Assembly: GCF_000265365.1 (NCBI RefSeq)
Contig: NC_018011.1
Span: 2,279,319 to 2,311,318 of the forward strand
Source: Alistipes finegoldii DSM 17242
Lineage (GTDB): Bacteria; Bacteroidota; Bacteroidia; Bacteroidales; Rikenellaceae
Direction of reading: 5' to 3'
DNA: 32,000 nucleotides
Shown here piece by piece: positions 14,812-29,144 of this stretch. Position 1 is the stretch's first letter. Each line of letters starts with the position of its first letter. A model generated the notes under the pieces. It ran no database searches and had not been told where the DNA came from. It saw only the letters and a list, made by a program, of their open reading frames with translations. The position numbers and the translations under genes were made by a program.

Positions 14812-15252
14812 ATGGCAAAAGAGGTTGCTGCATTTATTAAATTGCAGATCAAAGGTGGTGCCGCCAATCCTTCGCCCCCGGTTGGTCCCGCATTGGGTTC
14901 TAAGGGAGTCAATATCATGGACTTCTGTAAGCAGTTCAATGCGCGTACCCAGGACAAGGCAGGGAAGGTTCTCCCGGTCATCATCACGGTTTACAGCGAT
15001 AAGTCGTTCGACTTTGTTGTAAAACAGCCGCCTGTAGCTATTCAGCTCAAGGAAGCAGCCAAAGTGCAGAAGGGTTCCGCACAGCCTAACCGCGACAAGG
15101 TCGGTCAGGTGACGTGGGATCAGGTGCGCGAGATCGCTCAGGACAAAATGCCTGACATGAACTGCTTTACCTTAGAGGCTGCTATGCGTATGATCGCTGG
15201 TACCGCTCGCAGTATGGGTATCAACGTCGTCGGTGAATTTCCTAATATGTAA
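14812..15252 (+). CDS. rplK: 50S ribosomal protein L11
   Basis: [36 protein letters not shown] is the L11 signature. Confidence 0.98.
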   Translation: MAKEVAAFIKLQIKGGAANPSPPVGPALGSKGVNIMDFCKQFNARTQDKAGKVLPVIITVYSDKSFDFVVKQPPVAIQLKEAAKVQKGSAQPNRDKVGQVTWDQVREIAQDKMPDMNCFTLEAAMRMIAGTARSMGINVVGEFPNM

Positions 15253-15258
15253 TCGAAG

Positions 15259-15957
15259 ATGAGTAAGTTGACAAAAAATCAAAAGATCGCCTACGCCAAG
15301 GTGGAAGCCAATAAGGCTTACAAGCTCTCGGAGGCTGCCGCTCTTCTGAAGGAGATTACGTTCACGAAATTCGACGCTTCGGTTGATATCGACGTGCGTC
15401 TGGGAGTCGATCCCCGCAAGGCCAATCAGATGGTCCGCGGCGTTGTGACGCTGCCCCACGGTACGGGTAAGCAGGTGCGCGTGCTGGTGCTCTGTACTCC
15501 TGAGAAGGAGGCTGAGGCTCAGGCTGCCGGCGCCGATTACGTAGGTTTGGACGAGTTTGTTGATAAGATCAAGGGCGGCTGGACCGACGTTGACGTTATC
15601 ATCTGCACGCCGAACGTAATGGGCAAGGTTGGTGCGCTGGGCCGTATTCTGGGTCCCCGCGGCCTGATGCCTAACCCCAAGACCGGTACGGTTACGATGG
15701 AGGTGGGCAAAGCCGTTCAGGAAGTGAAATCGGGTAAGATCGACTTCAAGGTCGACAAATTCGGTATCATTCACACTTCGGTAGGTAAGGTTTCGTTCTC
15801 GGCCGATCAGATCGTGGACAACGCGAAAGAGGTGCTGAACATGATTCTCAAACTGAAACCGGCTGCTGCGAAAGGTTCTTATGTGAAGAGTATTTATCTC
15901 TCGACCACGATGAGTCCCGGCTTGCAGATTGATTCCAAATCAGTAGAAACCAAATAA
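15259..15957 (+). CDS. rplA: 50S ribosomal protein L1
   Basis: [34 protein letters not shown]...[15 protein letters not shown] are L1 signatures. Confidence 0.98.
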   Translation: MSKLTKNQKIAYAKVEANKAYKLSEAAALLKEITFTKFDASVDIDVRLGVDPRKANQMVRGVVTLPHGTGKQVRVLVLCTPEKEAEAQAAGADYVGLDEFVDKIKGGWTDVDVIICTPNVMGKVGALGRILGPRGLMPNPKTGTVTMEVGKAVQEVKSGKIDFKVDKFGIIHTSVGKVSFSADQIVDNAKEVLNMILKLKPAAAKGSYVKSIYLSTTMSPGLQIDSKSVETK

Positions 15958-15974
15958 GAAGGAGGAGAGAAGAG
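15958..15974 (+). promoter_or_regulatory. 17-nt all-purine rplA-rplJ spacer containing a perfect Shine-Dalgarno core (AGGAGG)
   Basis: The spacer is gaaggaggagagaagag. AGGAGG sits at 15960-15965, with 9 nt between it and the rplJ ATG. No other gene start in this window has a comparable element. Confidence 0.6.
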
Positions 15975-16499
15975 ATGACAAAGGAAGAAAAACTGGTCGT
16001 TATTAACGCCATTGCCGAGCAGCTCCAAGCTTATCCTCACTTCTATATCGCCGACATCGCGGCGCTTGACGCAGAGCAGACCGCTGCCCTGCGCCGCAAG
16101 TGCTTCGAAAACGACGTCAAACTGGTAGTCGTGAAGAACACGCTGCTGGGCAAGGCGCTGGAGAAGGTGGAGAAGGCTGACGCTGATCTGGTAAAAGTAT
16201 TGGAGGGTCCGACCTCGATTATGTTCGCCAACGTTGCGAAGGCTCCTGCGGTCCTGATCAAGGAATTCCGCAAGAAGTCCGACAAACCCGTTCTGAAAGC
16301 GGCTTTCGCCGAGGGATGCGTTTACGTGGGCGACGATCAGCTGGACGCTCTGTGTAACATCAAGTCGAAGGAGGAGCTTATCGGCGATATCATCGCACTG
16401 CTCCAGTCTCCTGCGAAGAATGTTATTTCTGCATTGCAGGCTAATGCAGGCCAAAAGATTGCGGGCATCGTGAAGACGCTCGAATCGAGAAACAACTAA
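15975..16499 (+). CDS. rplJ: 50S ribosomal protein L10
   Basis: 174 aa in the conserved position between rplA and rplL. The sequence pattern is L10-like (LRRKCFENDVKLVVVKNTLL...). Confidence 0.96.
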   Translation: MTKEEKLVVINAIAEQLQAYPHFYIADIAALDAEQTAALRRKCFENDVKLVVVKNTLLGKALEKVEKADADLVKVLEGPTSIMFANVAKAPAVLIKEFRKKSDKPVLKAAFAEGCVYVGDDQLDALCNIKSKEELIGDIIALLQSPAKNVISALQANAGQKIAGIVKTLESRNN

Positions 16500-16540
16500 T
16501 CACAATCAAGAATTAAACAAAATTTAATAAGCTTACAACT

Positions 16541-16918
16541 ATGGCAGACGTAAAGAAACTTGCTGAAGAACTGGTAAACCTCAAGGTTACCGAGGTAAAC
16601 GAATTGGCTACCATCCTCAAGGAGGAGTATGGCATTGAACCGGCTGCTGCCGCTGTTGCCGTTGCAGCTCCCGCTGCTGGCGCAGGCGAGGCTGCTGCCG
16701 CCGAGAAGTCGACTTTCGACGTGATTCTGAAGACCGCCGGTCAGGCAAAACTTCAGGTTATCAAGGTCGTTAAGGACCTCGCTGGTCTTTCGCTGGGCGA
16801 CGCTAAAGCTCTCGTTGACGGCGCTCCCAAGGCTGTTAAAGAGGGTGTCTCCAAGGAAGAGGCCGAGTCGATCAAGGCTCAGCTTGAGGAGGCTGGTGCT
16901 GAAGTTGAGCTTAAGTAG
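16541..16918 (+). CDS. rplL: 50S ribosomal protein L7/L12
   Basis: An N-terminal dimerisation helix, an Ala-rich hinge ([21 protein letters not shown]) and a C-terminal domain ([56 protein letters not shown]). Confidence 0.98.
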   Translation: MADVKKLAEELVNLKVTEVNELATILKEEYGIEPAAAAVAVAAPAAGAGEAAAAEKSTFDVILKTAGQAKLQVIKVVKDLAGLSLGDAKALVDGAPKAVKEGVSKEEAESIKAQLEEAGAEVELK

Positions 16919-16952
16919 CATTGCTGCTTAAGTCGTTTCAGACGATTCAGGT

Positions 16953-16990
16953 ATAGGGCTTACCGGCGTGTAAGCTCTATGCCTTTTCTT
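16953..16990 (+). terminator. rplL-rpoB intercistronic attenuator candidate
   Basis: atagggcttac / cggcgt / gtaagctctat forms an 11-bp stem (one G-U pair) followed by gccttttctt. It lies 35 nt after the rplL stop, within a 244-nt spacer. Confidence 0.55.
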
Positions 16991-17162
16991 GGTCTAAAGA
17001 CTGGAAGTGCCGAGCAGGAGCTGTGTCCACTCTTTGGAAGAAAGGATGCTCCCGGGGCGAAATACGCCTGCAAACGGGGGCATTGGCGGGATAATAAATA
17101 CCCGGCAACGCGGGGGAGCGTAACCCACCAGAATTACACTTCAACATAATTTGGATTTTACG

Positions 17163-20100
17163 ATGTCCACAGCAAAAACACAACAAAGAATTAGCTTTTC
17201 GACAGTCAAGAACCGGGTGCCTTATCCCGATCTGCTGGAGGTACAGCTTAAATCATTCCGGGACTTTTTCCAGATGGACACCACGGCCGAAAATCGTAAA
17301 AACGAGGGGCTGTATAAGGTGTTTCAGGAGAATTTCCCCATTACGGATACCCGGAACAATTTCGTTCTGGAGTTCATCGACTACTATATCGACCCGCCGC
17401 GCTACTCGATCGAGGAGTGTCTGGAGCGCGGGCTGACGTACAGCGTTCCCCTGAAAGCCAAACTCAAGCTTTACTGCACGGACGACGAGCACGAAGATTT
17501 CGGTGTCGTCGTTCAGGATGTGTACTTCGGTACGATTCCCTATATGACCGAACGCGGTACGTTCGTCATCAACGGTGCGGAGCGTGTCATCGTATCCCAG
17601 CTGCACCGTTCGCCGGGCGTGTTCTTCGGACAGAGCATGCACACCAACGGCACGAAGCTCTATTCGGCGCGTATCATTCCTTTCAAGGGTTCGTGGATCG
17701 AATTTGCAACGGACATCAACAACGTGATGTATGCCTACATCGACCGTAAGAAGAAGCTTCCCGTCACCACGCTGCTGCGCGCCATCGGCTACGAGGCGGA
17801 CCAGCAGATTCTCGAAATCTTCGATCTGGCGGACGAAGTGAAGGTCACGAAGGCCAACCTCAAGAAGGCCGTGGGCCGCAAGCTCGCCGCACGTGTGCTT
17901 TCGACGTGGGTCGAGGACTTCGTGGACGAAGATACGGGCGAGGTGGTTTCCATCGAGCGCAACAACGTTATCGTGGACCGCGAGACGGTCCTCGAAGAGG
18001 AACATGTGGACCAGATTCTCGAAAGCGGCGCCAAGACGATCCTCCTGCATAAGGAGAGCCTGTCGGGCATCGATTTCTCGATCATATACAATACCCTGCA
18101 GAAAGACCCCTGCAACTCCGAGAAGGAGGCTGTCGTTTACATCTACCGGCAGCTGCGCGCTTCGGAGCCGCCCGATGAGGCGACGGCGCGCGATGTCATC
18201 GAGAAGCTGTTCTTCTCGGACAAGCGCTACGACTTGGGCGACGTGGGCCGCTACCGCATCAACAAGAAGCTGGATCTGGATACCGATCCGGCCATTCGCA
18301 CGTTGACGCGCGAGGACATCATCGCCATTATCAAATACCTGATCCAGCTGATCAACTCCAAGGCCGACGTGGACGATATCGACCACCTGTCGAACCGCCG
18401 CGTGCGCACCGTGGGCGAACAGCTGTCGAATCAGTTCTCGGTAGGTTTCGTGCGCATGGCGCGTACGATCCGCGAGCGTATGAACGTGCGTGACAACGAG
18501 GTGTTTACGCCGGTGGATCTGATCAACGCCAAGACGTTGTCTTCGGTGATCAACTCGTTCTTCGGCACTTCGCAGCTCTCGCAGTTCATGGACCAGATCA
18601 ACCCGCTGGCCGAAATTACGCACAAGCGCCGTCTGTCGGCCCTCGGCCCCGGCGGTCTGTCGCGTGACCGCGCCGGTTTCGAGGTGCGAGACGTACACTA
18701 CACGCATTACGGCCGTCTCTGCCCGATCGAGTCGCCGGAAGGCCCGAACATCGGTCTGATTTCGTCGCTCTGCGTTTATGCGAAGATTTCGCCGATGGGA
18801 TTCATCGAGACTCCCTACCGGAAGGTCGAGAACGGACAGATCGACATGAACAACGACGACATCCGCTACTACTCGGCCGAAGAGGAGGAGGGCAAGATCG
18901 TCGCGCAGGCGAACATGCCGATCGACGACGAAGGCCACTTCCTGCAGCCCGACCGTATCAAGGCGCGCGAAGGCGCCGACTTCCCGGTGGTTACCGCCGA
19001 GGAGGTGAATCTGATGGACGTGGCTCCGAACCAGATCGCTTCGATCGCCGCGAGCCTTATCCCGTTCCTCGAACACGATGACGCCAACCGCGCCCTGATG
19101 GGTTCGAACATGATGCGTCAGGCCGTGCCTCTGGTGACTACGGACGCTCCTATCGTCGGCACGGGCATCGAGAAGGACATGATCTCTGACAGCCGCATCC
19201 AGATTGTGGCCGAAGGCGACGGCGAAGTGACTTTCGCCGACGCGACGAAGATACAGATCAGGTACGAGCGTACGGAAGACGAGATTCTGGCGTCGTTCGA
19301 GCCGGAAGTGACCACATACGAGCTTCCGCGCTACCGCCGTACCAACCAGAATACTTCCATCACCCTGAAGCCCATCGTACTGACGGGCGACAAGGTCGTG
19401 AAGGGACAGATCCTTACCGAAGGCTATTCGACGCAGCACGGTGAGCTGGCTCTGGGCCGCAACCTGAAGGTGGCGTTCATGCCTTGGAAGGGTTACAACT
19501 TCGAGGACGCCATCGTGATTTCGGAGCGTATCCAGCGTGAGGACATCTTCACGTCGGTGCACGTTGACGAGTACATCATGGAGGTGCGCGACACCAAGCG
19601 CGGTGTCGAGGAGCTGACTTCGGACATTCCGAACGTGAGCGAGGACGCTACCAAGGACCTCGACGCGAACGGTATCATCCGTATCGGCGCCAACGTGCAT
19701 CCGGGCGACATCCTGATCGGCAAGATCACCCCGAAGGGCGAAAGCGATCCTTCGCCTGAGGAGAAGCTGCTCCGCGCCATCTTCGGCGACAAGGCCGGCG
19801 ACGTGAAGGACGCCTCGCTCAAGGCGCAGCCTTCGCTGCACGGCGTGGTGATCGACACGAAGCTCTACAGCCGCGCCAACAAGGAGGGCAAGAAGGGCAA
19901 GAGCGCCGAGAAGGTGCAGATCGAGAAACTCGACGAGAAGTTCGCAGCCGAGATTGCGGAGCTGACCAAACGGCTGGTGGCCAAGTTGTGGACCCTGCTT
20001 CAGGGCAAGACCACGACCGGCGTCACCGACTACTTCGGCGTGGAACTCTATCCCGCAGGCACGAAATTCTCGCAGAAGATGCTGGAGGAGATCGCCCGCA

Positions 20101-21023
20101 AGACCACGGACGAGAAGACCGGCGTGGTGATGGGTTATCTGAATCTCGGCACCTGCAAGTGGACGGGTGACGCCCACACCGACGCGCTGATCGAAGCTAC
20201 CATTAACAATTATACCATCGAATGGAAGAAGGCCGACGCCGCCATCAAGCGTGAGAAGTACAACATCACCAACGGCGACGAGCTTCCGCAGACGGGCGTC
20301 ATTCAGATGGCCAAGGTCTACATCGCCAAGAAGCGCAAGCTCAAGGTGGGCGACAAGATGGCAGGACGCCACGGCAACAAGGGTATCGTAGCCCGTATCG
20401 TGCGCGACGAGGACATGCCGTTCCTCGAAGACGGTACGATCGTCGATATCTGTCTGAACCCGCTGGGCGTGCCTTCGCGAATGAACCTCGGACAGATTTA
20501 CGAGACCGTGCTCGGATGGGCGGGCCGTGAACTGGGCCTGAAGTTCGCAACGCCGATCTTCGACGGTGCGTCGCTCGACCAGATCAACGAGTACACGGCC
20601 AAGGCGGGTATTCCGCACAGCGGCCGTACGTACCTCTACGACGGCGGCACGGGCGAAATGTTCGACCAGCCGGCGACGGTGGGCGTGATCTACATGCTCA
20701 AGCTCGGCCACATGATCGATGACAAGATGCACGCCCGTTCGATCGGTCCCTACTCGCTCATCACGCAGCAGCCGCTCGGCGGTAAGGCCCAGTTCGGCGG
20801 CCAGCGTTTCGGTGAGATGGAGGTTTGGGCGCTCGAAGGCTTCGGCGCCGCCAACATCCTGCAGGAGATCCTGACCATCAAGTCCGACGACGTGATGGGC
20901 CGCGCCAAGGCTTACGAGGCGATCGTCAAGGGCGAGAACCTGCCCAAACCGGGTATTCCGGAGGCTATGAACGTGCTGCTGCACGAGCTTCGCGGTCTGG
21001 CCCTGTCGGTCAAACTCGAATAA
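17163..21023 (+). CDS. rpoB: DNA-directed RNA polymerase subunit beta
   Basis: About 1286 aa, with the rifampicin cluster region ([34 protein letters not shown]), [12 protein letters not shown] and PFLEDGT...[10 protein letters not shown] motifs. The ATG at 17163 ([12 protein letters not shown]) is preferred to the TTG at 17151. Confidence 0.99.
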   Translation: MSTAKTQQRISFSTVKNRVPYPDLLEVQLKSFRDFFQMDTTAENRKNEGLYKVFQENFPITDTRNNFVLEFIDYYIDPPRYSIEECLERGLTYSVPLKAKLKLYCTDDEHEDFGVVVQDVYFGTIPYMTERGTFVINGAERVIVSQLHRSPGVFFGQSMHTNGTKLYSARIIPFKGSWIEFATDINNVMYAYIDRKKKLPVTTLLRAIGYEADQQILEIFDLADEVKVTKANLKKAVGRKLAARVLSTWVEDFVDEDTGEVVSIERNNVIVDRETVLEEEHVDQILESGAKTILLHKESLSGIDFSIIYNTLQKDPCNSEKEAVVYIYRQLRASEPPDEATARDVIEKLFFSDKRYDLGDVGRYRINKKLDLDTDPAIRTLTREDIIAIIKYLIQLINSKADVDDIDHLSNRRVRTVGEQLSNQFSVGFVRMARTIRERMNVRDNEVFTPVDLINAKTLSSVINSFFGTSQLSQFMDQINPLAEITHKRRLSALGPGGLSRDRAGFEVRDVHYTHYGRLCPIESPEGPNIGLISSLCVYAKISPMGFIETPYRKVENGQIDMNNDDIRYYSAEEEEGKIVAQANMPIDDEGHFLQPDRIKAREGADFPVVTAEEVNLMDVAPNQIASIAASLIPFLEHDDANRALMGSNMMRQAVPLVTTDAPIVGTGIEKDMISDSRIQIVAEGDGEVTFADATKIQIRYERTEDEILASFEPEVTTYELPRYRRTNQNTSITLKPIVLTGDKVVKGQILTEGYSTQHGELALGRNLKVAFMPWKGYNFEDAIVISERIQREDIFTSVHVDEYIMEVRDTKRGVEELTSDIPNVSEDATKDLDANGIIRIGANVHPGDILIGKITPKGESDPSPEEKLLRAIFGDKAGDVKDASLKAQPSLHGVVIDTKLYSRANKEGKKGKSAEKVQIEKLDEKFAAEIAELTKRLVAKLWTLLQGKTTTGVTDYFGVELYPAGTKFSQKMLEEIARKTTDEKTGVVMGYLNLGTCKWTGDAHTDALIEATINNYTIEWKKADAAIKREKYNITNGDELPQTGVIQMAKVYIAKKRKLKVGDKMAGRHGNKGIVARIVRDEDMPFLEDGTIVDICLNPLGVPSRMNLGQIYETVLGWAGRELGLKFATPIFDGASLDQINEYTAKAGIPHSGRTYLYDGGTGEMFDQPATVGVIYMLKLGHMIDDKMHARSIGPYSLITQQPLGGKAQFGGQRFGEMEVWALEGFGAANILQEILTIKSDDVMGRAKAYEAIVKGENLPKPGIPEAMNVLLHELRGLALSVKLE

Positions 21024-21059
21024 GGTATAATTTGAGGATAAGAAAAACGAAGAACAAAT

Positions 21060-25319
<4,260 letters not shown>

Positions 25320-25342
25320 ACCTACGTTATATATACGATTCG

Positions 25343-25377
25343 AAAGAAGCCGTTCCAGAAGGAACGGCTTCTTTTTT
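25343..25377 (+). terminator. intrinsic terminator closing the secE-rpoC transcription unit
   Basis: gaagccgttcc / agaa / ggaacggcttc forms a perfect 11-bp stem, extendable by A-U pairs, followed by tttttt. Confidence 0.85.
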
Positions 25378-25428
25378 ACCTTGTCCGGATTATTTCATTG
25401 TCTTTATCACGTCATTGTCCCGATAATT

Positions 25429-25566
25429 ATGCGTAAATCGAAATGGTTCATAATCCCGGCGGCTTGGCTGGCTGTTTTCTTATCGGTCGGATGCGTTGGC
25501 TGCCCCAAACCGGGTGTTTCGGCGCAAGCGGAGATGACCGCTGACGGAGTTGCTGCGGATAGCTGA
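25429..25566 (+). CDS. 45-codon orphan ORF encoding little more than a lipoprotein-like signal peptide (possibly the decapitated 5' end of a decayed gene)
   Basis: MRKSKWFIIPAAWLAVFLSVGCVGCPKPGVSAQAEMTADGVAADS-stop. There is no TAnnTTTG box between the rpoC terminator and the ATG, and the ORF is very short. Confidence 0.3.
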   Translation: MRKSKWFIIPAAWLAVFLSVGCVGCPKPGVSAQAEMTADGVAADS

Positions 25567-25880
25567 AAACCCTGTACGCTGCAGCGAAGCGTGCTTGGCG
25601 CTGTTCGAACTTACGGGACCGGCGAAAACCTGCCAAGCAGAGAGCTGGCAGACCGGAACTGCCGAAAAAGAGTGCGAGGAGTGGAGAGGATGCGCAGGCC
25701 GGGATGTCGGCGTTGCTGCCCTGTGATGCCGCAGGCCGGATCGTTGCGCAGAGGCTCGAATACGGGGACGATGCGGTGGGGGACGGCGAGCGGCCTGCCG
25801 AATTTTCATACGATGACGCCGGGCGGCTGACGCGGACCCATGCGAATCCCGGCCCGCAAAAACTGCGGGTTCCTGCCGGG
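25567..25880 (+). pseudogene. possible frameshifted remnant of an RHS/YD-repeat protein gene
   Basis: The frame starting at 25704 reads LLPCDAAGRIVAQRLEYGDDAVGDGERPAEFSYDDAGRLTRTHANPG, with two YD-repeat-like cores (DAAGRIV and SYDDAGRLT). The frame continuing from the upstream ORF reads VRTYGTGENLPSRE. No intact long ORF remains. Confidence 0.3.
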
Positions 25881-25895
25881 GAGAGCCTGTCCGGG

Positions 25896-27101
<1,206 letters not shown>

Positions 27102-27205
27102 CGTATCGTTGTTTTCGGGGCAAAGACAGTGCAGGCCGGGGGCAGAGACGAATTTATTCGAACCGTGCCGGGACGCCGCCTGTCTGAGCGGAGGTTTATC
27201 CGCCG

Positions 27206-27213
27206 CAAAGATA
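27206..27213 (-). promoter_or_regulatory. -7 box TATCTTTG upstream of sdaA (would give a leader of about 95 nt)
   Basis: The plus strand reads caaagata, an exact TAnnTTTG on the minus strand, 105 nt upstream of the sdaA ATG. It is the only exact box in this intergenic region. Confidence 0.4.
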
Positions 27214-27283
27214 ATGTAAATGTCGGAATTTTCTCTTCCCGAAAGAGATTTGAAGAGATCGGAGGCCTGCCCGGCGGGTTTAT

Positions 27284-27314
27284 AAAACAGGAGAGAAGCC
27301 TCGGTTTCTCTCCT
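27284..27314 (-). terminator. intrinsic terminator after tRNA-Arg
   Basis: The minus strand reads aggagagaa / accgaggc / ttctctcct (9-bp stem) followed by gtttt. It starts 3 nt after the tRNA 3' end. Confidence 0.65.
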
Positions 27315-27316
27315 TG

Positions 27317-27388
27317 TAGTCTCACCGCGACTCGAACGCGAATCTAGGGTTTAGGAAACCCTCGTTCTATCCCTTGAACTATGAGACC
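27317..27388 (-). tRNA. tRNA-Arg (anticodon CCT)
   Basis: The reverse complement is GGTCTCA TA GTTC AAGGGATA GAAC G AGGGT TTCCTAA ACCCT AGAT TCGCG TTCGAGT CGCGG TGAGACT A. The T-loop is canonical, the variable loop is 4 nt, and G1-U72 is a wobble pair. Confidence 0.88.
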
Positions 27389-27391
27389 CTG

Positions 27392-27425
27392 AAAAAAGCG
27401 GTGCACCTCCGACGAAGCGCACCGC
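27392..27425 (-). terminator. terminator of the FadL-family gene
   Basis: The minus strand reads gcggtgc / 14-nt loop / gcaccgc followed by tttttt and then, 3 nt later, tRNA-Arg. The stem is only 7 bp and the loop is large. Confidence 0.5.
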
Positions 27426-27432
27426 AAAGATA
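27425..27432 (-). promoter_or_regulatory. -7 box TATCTTTG for tRNA-Arg, abutting the left arm of the preceding terminator hairpin
   Basis: The plus strand reads caaagata, an exact TAnnTTTG on the minus strand, 37 nt upstream of the mature tRNA-Arg 5' end. Confidence 0.45.
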
Positions 27433-27448
27433 ATAATTTTTCCCGTTT

Positions 27449-28918
27449 TTAGAAACTGAAACCTACGCCGATCGAGAACGTGTGGGCGCGGGCGGTGTAA
27501 TTACCCGAAAAATCGGCGATCGGGCTGGTGAGCTGGCTTTCGGGAACGCCTGCCGCCGTCAGTTTTTCGTTCACGATGCCCAGCACCGAATTGGTGTAGG
27601 GATAGGAACCCGTGCGCTCCGGATCGGCCGAATTGACATAGCCGTAGGCGATGTCGATGTTCATCCATTTGATCGGGCGGAAGGTGACGCCGGCCGTATA
27701 GGCGAGCTTGGTCATCGACGGGGTTTCGGGATTGAGGTAGTCGCTGCGCACGGGGCTTTCGTCCACGTACATACCCATGCGGGCCGTCAGCCAGTCGAGA
27801 GCGTGGTACTGGCCGCCGAAACGGAACGCCAGCGTATTGGAGTATTTCTTGTCGCTGACCGGAATGTTCAGCACGGGCGTATTGCTGTCGGGGTCGAGAA
27901 TCCGGACGTCGAGCTGGTCGTAGGCGCTCCAGAGCACATATTGCAGATCGACGGCGAATTCCCACTTCGGAACGGGGCGGAAGCTGACGCCCCACGTCAG
28001 CGACGCCGGCAGGGGCAGTTCGGTCTTCACGACGGCCGACGTGAGTTTGGCGGGGTCGAGACCCAGCTGGGGCAGGAGCTGGCCGATTGCCTGAGCGATC
28101 TGGGCGTTGTCGATCATACGCAGGTCGATCGAACCCGAATCCACCTTCATTTTGAGTTTCGAACGGTAGGTGAAGCCCAGCGACCACTGTTCGTTGATGT
28201 CCCACATCATGCCGAGGTTGACGCCGACGGCCATCTTGGCTTTGCCTTCGAGGCCCAGCGACATCAGATTTTTGTCCCCGGCCATTTCGAAGAGGTTGGG
28301 CATTTGCTGCGGATTGAGCATTTGCAATGCGCCCATGAGCGCCTTGTTCTGTGCGTTGTCCGGACCGATAGGCAGCAGCGAACGCGAAAGGTCGAATTTA
28401 CCCCACGTCATCATCAGACCGCCGCCGACGGAGAGGTGCTCGCAGAGTTTGAACGAGACGGTCGGCTGGACGTTGTATGCCTTGAGATTGATCGACTGCA
28501 CGAGCTGTGCTCCCGGCCAGTTGTTGCCCCAGTCCATCGAGGAGCCGAACGGCGTGTTTAAGGCCAGACCGACCGACATCCAGTCGAGGGGTTTGTAGTT
28601 GAAGTAGGCGTAAAGCGGAGTGGCTATGCTGTTGTCCGAGGTGTAGTGCTGCGGTTTGGTCTTGCCCGTATAGTCGGGGAGCGACGTATAGGTAGCCTTC
28701 GAAGCGATACCCGTGATGCCGACCGAAATGTCGAACTCGGAGTCCTGAAACGAAGCGGCGGCGGGGTTGAACCAGATCGATTCGGAGTTGAGTTTCATGG
28801 CTGTACCCACATGGCCCATACCGTTCTGCTTCGAGGAGAGGTTGTTCACCTGATATCCTTCGGCGTATGCTCCGGAGGCGGCGGCAGCGGCGGCCAGAAG
28901 TAGGAAGATTTTTTTCAT
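27449..28918 (-). CDS. outer-membrane transport protein, OMPP1/FadL/TodX family
   Basis: The ATG at 28918 gives the signal peptide MKKIFLLLAAAAAASGAYA, then EGYQVNNLSSKQNGMGHVGTA...WFNPAA (FadL N-terminal hatch motif). The body is a beta-barrel-like alternating pattern ending with the aromatic terminus GVGFSF. The track start at 29107 adds 63 non-protein-like codons. Confidence 0.85.
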   Translation of the reverse strand: MKKIFLLLAAAAAASGAYAEGYQVNNLSSKQNGMGHVGTAMKLNSESIWFNPAAASFQDSEFDISVGITGIASKATYTSLPDYTGKTKPQHYTSDNSIATPLYAYFNYKPLDWMSVGLALNTPFGSSMDWGNNWPGAQLVQSINLKAYNVQPTVSFKLCEHLSVGGGLMMTWGKFDLSRSLLPIGPDNAQNKALMGALQMLNPQQMPNLFEMAGDKNLMSLGLEGKAKMAVGVNLGMMWDINEQWSLGFTYRSKLKMKVDSGSIDLRMIDNAQIAQAIGQLLPQLGLDPAKLTSAVVKTELPLPASLTWGVSFRPVPKWEFAVDLQYVLWSAYDQLDVRILDPDSNTPVLNIPVSDKKYSNTLAFRFGGQYHALDWLTARMGMYVDESPVRSDYLNPETPSMTKLAYTAGVTFRPIKWMNIDIAYGYVNSADPERTGSYPYTNSVLGIVNEKLTAAGVPESQLTSPIADFSGNYTARAHTFSIGVGFSF

Positions 28919-28972
28919 AACGTATTGGTTTGGTTTATACTGTCCGCACTGCGGAGTGCGAAAAATCGAGGG

Positions 28973-28980
28973 CAAAAGTA
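28973..28980 (-). promoter_or_regulatory. -7 box TACTTTTG for the FadL-family gene
   Basis: The plus strand reads caaaagta, an exact TAnnTTTG on the minus strand, 55 nt upstream of the ATG at 28918. Confidence 0.5.
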
Positions 28981-29092
28981 TAAAAACTATTCCCGCCGCC
29001 CAAACTTTTTGGCCTAAATTTCCTGAAAATTGACCTGAATGGTATAGGATTGGCCGAAAGGACGGGTGGGGCGGGGGATGCGCTGCCGCATG

Positions 29093-29121
29093 AAAAAAGT
29101 GCGGCATGTTTCATGCCGCAC
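29093..29121 (-). terminator. intrinsic terminator after the aminotransferase gene
   Basis: The minus strand reads gtgcggcatg / aaa / catgccgcac (perfect 10-bp stem) followed by tttttt. Confidence 0.8.
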
Positions 29122-29144
29122 CTGAGTCTTCGTTCCATGCCGGA

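Noticed and set aside
27102-27213. A riboswitch or leader element in the putative ~95-nt sdaA 5' leader.
   Set aside because: Only weak helices are visible (a 6-bp agacag/ctgtct pairing and the cgaat-aa-attcg palindrome). It bears no resemblance to any riboswitch core I know (glycine, SAM, TPP, cobalamin and others). The promoter assignment that defines the leader is itself uncertain.
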